Below are positions 58,311-64,000 of a stretch of DNA of 64,000 nt, piece after piece (position 1 is the stretch's first letter; each line of letters starts with the position of its first letter). The position numbers were made by a program, and so were the translations under genes. A model generated the notes under the pieces. It had not been told where the DNA came from and did not search any database. It worked only from the letters and a program-made list of their open reading frames with translations. The DNA comes from Dipteris shenzhenensis (taxonomy: Eukaryota), in NCBI GenBank assembly GCA_047967505.1, contig CM106538.1; one strand, 5' to 3'.

Positions 58311-60109
58311 TGTAATTAAGTTGTTCAAGTGTTCAAAGTTCTTGGCAAATTCCTAGAAGTAGAAAATAAATTTCCATCAATGCTAGAGGTGATCAAATGG
58401 ATTGCATTAAATTAGACCTAGCTACAAATCTCCCCAGTTTCATCTATATTGTGCTTATAAATGGACATATCTACAAAGAACAGCTACTTGTGTTTACAAG
58501 AATTTACCAAACTTGTGTTTCTTATTTGGTCTAAATAGGTACATATTATCAAATACTTTGTAGTAAGTGGGCCAAGTCTAAGAGGGTCTCTAAAGTTCTA
58601 GGTGAAACATGCTAAAAAGTGTATTCATAAAGTCATTAAAACAAGAAATACACAATACATGTTGGGCAGTGATGAAAAGGCAAAAAGCTAACTTAACATG
58701 GAATTTCCACACAATCATTACTATAAGACTTGTAATTGTACAATGTACGTTGCTTTGAATGATGAAGAGGCAAAATTGTTGGCCTTTGATCACAAAAATT
58801 ATAATGACTATTGTAAGTCAATGTCATGGATAGAATGAGTGCACTTTTATTATCATTACTATAATACTTGTAACTTTATATGGAGTTTCCACATAATCAT
58901 TACTATAAGGCTTATAACTATACATTGTATTGTGGTTTGATTGATGAAGAGGAAAATTTGTTAGCCTTTGATCACAAAAAGTACAATGACTATTAAGTAA
59001 ATGTCATGGTAGAATGAGTTATTGTTATTATAATGATTTTGGGGAAATCCTCAAGGAGGGTTGATCTACCATTACTCTAGAGTTTGATATCCTTACTAAA
59101 CGACAAGAATTGCAACATCTATTAAGGACCCCTTAAGACAAAGTAATATCTTTAGAACATCAGATTCTACATTCCATGTTGCTTTTCATGATAGTAAAGC
59201 ATGGGATCTCATTAATGTCATTTTTAAAAATGGGAAAACCTGGTGGTCAAAGGACAAAGAAGGGTTGTAGTCAAAGGAAGCAAGCTTGACATGGTACCAT
59301 TGAAGCCACTACCTAAAGAGATCTAACCATAGCATAGAAAAAAATGCAATGAATTAAACATGAAACTTTGATTAAGTGCATGCTTGGTAGAGTTGCAGCT
59401 GAGAAACTATCTCTAGATGACATGGGTCGTGAATTTGATGAGTAAGCAAACATCTCTCTTTTGCTTCATGGGGTCTTCTTTCAAATAAAAAATTTTGCTA
59501 CATGTCTATTTTGCTTCATGAGGTTTCTTTTGTCAAAGAAATGTGTTTCATACGTGCTTAAATCTAGGGATAAAATATGTATGATAATGCAAGAATGCAT
59601 GTTGACAATTGAACATGCCTAGCTGGAATGTAGTTCAAGAAATGCAATTCAAAGAGGAGTACCCCAAGAGCAAAATGGAGAGTCTTTTTCATGCTTTCAT
59701 AAGACCATGGTAAGTAAGTTCAAGACTAAGCAAATTTATGTTATTTTTCCAATGTAAGATTTGTACAACATAATATATGAAATTAATTTATTGACATTAA
59801 CATTTAGAAACGTGGAATGAGGCTTGTGAAACAATCAATATCTTGAAAGCTTAACTTCTTTTGTTTGGGTTCTTCTCAATTGCAATTGATTTGTAAAGAA
59901 ATCCATTGTACATTATTGTTGGATAGGTGATGTCCATGTCATAGCTCTATGAGGCCACTCAAAAGCACGAATGCAACGTGCTATTGCAATGTGACATAAT
60001 CCATTGTATGATCTTGTTGTATAGGTGATGTCCATGTTCCACAGCTTTATGCCATTAGTGAGGCCACTCAATAGCCACAAATGCAATGCTATTGCATCTT
60101 GCACATTGG

Positions 60110-60450
60110 TCCAATTGATTAGTTAGCGCCCTCAATTTGGGTATAAGGTCATACACCAATTCATTGATTTTTTATTTGATTTGGTTGAGCTTCAACATCA
60201 CATCTTCCTTGGTAAACTCAGGTTGAAACCTTTCAAGAATTATTCCTCCAATTTGGTCCAAGTGGTGAAATGATCATCTAGATACTTCTCAAACCACTCA
60301 ATGAATTTATCTACAAATGTGGTGGCAAAGAACATCTAGTAATCTTCCGTGTGCAATGTTGTCCCTATTTTCAAAAACTTTGGAAGTGGGAACAAGAATT
60401 GTCCCACATATTTTTGGATGCTGATTTGTTTGTCTGGTAATGCATTTGTG
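60110..60450 (-). pseudogene. Old retrotransposon gag-like fragment
   Basis: Minus strand FATTFVDKFIEWFEKYLDDHFTTWTKLEE*FLK resembles the Retrotrans_gag W...W..L...F pattern. Confidence 0.5.
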
Positions 60451-61899
60451 ATTGCCTTTGTTTTGGGCTTTTGCAAGGTAGAGTGCCATTTCCAAACTAC
60501 TAAGTGAAGCATGCACTCAAAGAAAGTGCATGCTCAGATGGTTGCAACAACAACAAATGAATGCAAGGCAAGTAAACAAACATTTTGGTCAAGGCACGTG
60601 GAAAGAAAGAGAGAATTCTCATGACAATGCAATGATAGAAAGCATCTTCTATTACATAGAAAAGTTTATGTGCAAAAGCAGTACATCCAGCTCATTGGCC
60701 AAGCACAACACACCCACTAGTTATAATAGCAAAATGGATGACCATTCCTATCTCTTAGCCACTTCATTATATACAACTCCCTTTGACTAGGCATGGTGGG
60801 AGCCACTCACCTACATTTACATTTGGTTGCACCTACACTATATGGTGACTTTAAGGCTAACAGTAGAATACTTTTTGAGAAGGCATCCCCTATCGCTAAG
60901 CTTCGTGTGCTTGGAAAATGGTAGTATTCAGGTTTGTTCCACACAATACTGACTTGAGCAAATGGATGTACCCTTGCTTTCTTTAAGTCTTCTCTTTGTT
61001 GAGGTGCCTTTGTTTGTTTGGCATGCTTTATTTTGCTTCATTCCTTCACTCAACTTCATCTCCTATTGAAGCCCTTCATTTAGGGGGTTTAACATATCAA
61101 TTTTCTTGAGCAATTATCAAAAGCTCCATGCAAGAAAAAATGATGATGGTATAGTATTCCTAAAGTCCTTGAAAGTCCAAGTGTGCTTGCACAAGCTTTC
61201 AAGCTGCAAACAAATGTGACAACATCAGGAGACAAACCCTCCAGTTACATGACCACATTGAATGTCATATTTCTCTACTACAATTACATTTTGACCGTTT
61301 TCAAAGCACATACTATATACTATGTCTATGTTCAATTTGAACTACAAAACAAGTTACTTAAGAAAAGAGAGATGATTTAATTGATAAGAATTGGCGGCTT
61401 TTTATATTGATTCTAATAAAGATTCATAGCCTCTCATAGTGCCAATATGCCTAAGTTTCTTCATCACCAAGATATTGAAATAATCGTGAGAGTGTGTTGC
61501 AAAAGGATAAAATATTATGTGACTTACACATCTCTTGTTCTCCACTAACCAATATCCAGTTAAAATATTGTCATGGGTAGAGGGGAGGCGATATCTCTTC
61601 ATTCCCCTCACCTTAGGCTTCATCCTATAGTATGGACAAAAGGTTATTTTGCTCTTGATAAAAACAGGAGAAAACTATTACCAACAAATGGGGTTGCATT
61701 TGCAACATATATCACTGATAGCACTCATGATAGATCTAGACTCAGTGTGGAATAAAAAATGAAAAGCCTCCACAATGTTGTTGTTGTAACAATCATGAAT
61801 TGCTCAAGCAAGCCCTTGAGCTCCTTGGTTTATAGGGAACTTCAAACACTTTGAAACCTTATGGTATGATAACAATAACAATAACAATTGTGTATTCAT

Positions 61900-64000
61900 T
61901 CTTTGGCACTAATTTTCCCAATTCATTGCAATCAACATTGATCATCATTCATTGAAAACACATGGAATATTTTCTTTTTCATCAAAGCTATCTTACATGA
62001 CATGGACAATGAAGAAGATGATGATGACCTATCAAAGCTATCTTACATGACATGGACAATGAAGAAGATGATGATGGCCTGGTGGTTAAAAAGGACACCA
62101 ACATTGAGAAAGAGGAACTAAAATACTGCTAAAAGAGATAAGAATACAAAGTGTTCCTGAAAAAAGGAGAATCATGGTGCCACCAGTGCATGGTGAATGG
62201 TCATACAATGAATGTCCGTTGAGGTATTATTGCAACATACATAATCATTTAGGCCACACGATCGAAGAATGCTAATTTAGCAAACACAAGAGGACCGTAG
62301 AGGTCCACCAAGTGGAAAGGGAGGAAAGAAATCCCTATCAAATAGATAGAACAAAGAACACCAACCCAACATCTTAGTTCTGCATGGCAATCAACATCAT
62401 GGTAAGAGGCAATGCCAATTTTGGAAGCAACAACTAGACATGTTGAAAAGAGCATGTGACCAAAATGACCGTGAATAGCTACAAGAGTCATGTTAGTAGA
62501 AGTGAAGGCAAAGGTGGTCACAAGTCATAAGAAACAAAGGACTAGATGAGTTTAAAGAAGCCAAACAAGCCAAGATGGCAAAGGAAATCATCCATGCACT
62601 CAAGCAAAAAGGTCCCTTCATTGAGGTAAGGGAACCACCAAGCCCTCAAGCAATGGAAAAAGCATGAAAGCGCCAGAGTGCATCCAAGCAAGGATCAAAA
62701 AAATAAAAAATCAAGGTGTGAAGATGAAATGTGAGGCATTGCTTGGATGCTTGGAGTAAAAATCAGCATAGCCTAGGATAAATTTTGGAAACTAGAGGTG
62801 ATAATTTCCATCATGCAATTGCTACTACACAAAGTGCTAAAATCTCTCAATCAATGAATGACCTATAGCATTGCCATTGACCACAAGGGTGGAAGTGACC
62901 AACATGAAGAAGTACCTATGATCAATCAAAATCATATGGTGAAAGGAGTCAGGTGTGAAGATGAAATGTGAGGCATTGCTTGGATGCTTGGAGTAAAAAT
63001 CAGCATAGCCTAGGATAAATTTTGGAAACTAGAGGTGATAATTTCCATCATGCAATTGCTACTACACAAAGTGCTAAAATCTCTCAATCAATGAATGACC
63101 TATAGCATTGCCATTGACCACAAGGGTGGAAGTGACCAACATGAAGAAGTACCTATGATCAATCAAAATCATATGGTGAAAGGAGTCCTCATTGATGGAG
63201 ACATTGGCATAATCATCATCTCCAAGGAGGCCCAAAAGTGGCTCAAGTTGAAAAACTTGAGGCCATCACTTTAAGATTTATATTACAAATCAGAGGTTGG
63301 TGATTCAAAAGGGTATGCCCAAAGATGTATGCATAAAGATCAATGGTGCATACTTCACAGTGATCATCATGGTAAAGATTAGTAATGACAAGGGATACCT
63401 TATATTGTTTGGAAGACCATGGTTGAAGGGATCAAAGGGGGTACATGATTGGGGAGGTGATATGCTCACCATCACAACCAACAAGAAAGAGGTGCAAATG
63501 CCAACATCAAGGAGCACCATTCGGAAGGAATGTAAGCTCGAGTGTTGAAAAGTGGACAGAACATATGCCATAGATGTAGAAGAAAAGTTACTCAAACTCA
63601 ATATTATGCCATAGCACCATGGATGCAATGAGAGCAGCAAAAAAAATGCAAGTGGATGATGAAGAGCCAAAGATGGTGGCCTTTCCTAGGGGATTCATAG
63701 AAGACAAAAAGTGATAGAGCGCAGTCCACCCGCAGTCCAAGAAAAGCTGGAATATCATATGAATTGTGGCCAAATTATTAAAGGAAATTTTATAAAGGAA
63801 ATCCATGTGGTTTTGCAAAAATAATTGAAGTTCATTTAGATCAACAAAAAACTCCCTATAAAATTCCTAAAGTGAGCTCAAGAACCCTTTCTAGAGTAAA
63901 AATATATGTTTGTATGGGAATACTCATACATGAAGGGGTTACCAGCAAATCAAAGCCGATTTAGACCTAAGGTAGCAAATGAACCCAACTATGTGAAGTT
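61900..64000 (+). mobile_element. Highly degenerate Ty3/gypsy gag-protease-RT region, running off the window end
   Basis: Two Zn-knuckle remnants at ~62175-62272 (CHQCMVNGH; YCNIHNHLGHTIEEC); protease VLIDG...YLILFGRPWLK; RT-proximal FVWEYSYMKGL. Confidence 0.7.
62714..63187. repeat. Apparently identical tandem duplication, 2 x 237 bp
   Basis: aggtgtgaagatgaaatg...ggtgaaaggagtc starts at 62714 and 62951. Confidence 0.95.

Overview
AT-rich, CpG-depleted, microsatellite-rich land-plant genomic DNA; the repeat style suggests a large genome such as a fern, but the taxon cannot be proven. One clearly intact host gene is present: a 12-exon cytosolic GAPDH (GAPC, minus strand, 29148-32595, 340 aa) with one GC-AG intron and a duplicated C-box promoter block. 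The right half (38-64 kb) is a nest of retroelements: two full-length Ty1/copia elements with intact TSDs, a solo LTR, a rearranged chromovirus-type Ty3/gypsy element inside a ~930-bp inverted duplication, an L1 LINE fragment and older gypsy debris. The left part is the most unusual. 1-14.6 kb is a cluster of decayed, intron-containing genes separated by long palindromes. It includes a divergent CENH3-like histone H3 fold with a ~14-aa longer loop 1 (not visible in the ORF track) and two paralogous BAH-like segments that share an intron position. 18-22 kb is a higher-order array of fold-back units joined at a TTAA-centred palindrome. All domain calls are by-eye motif recognition, and repeat boundaries are approximate unless a TSD or splice site is quoted.
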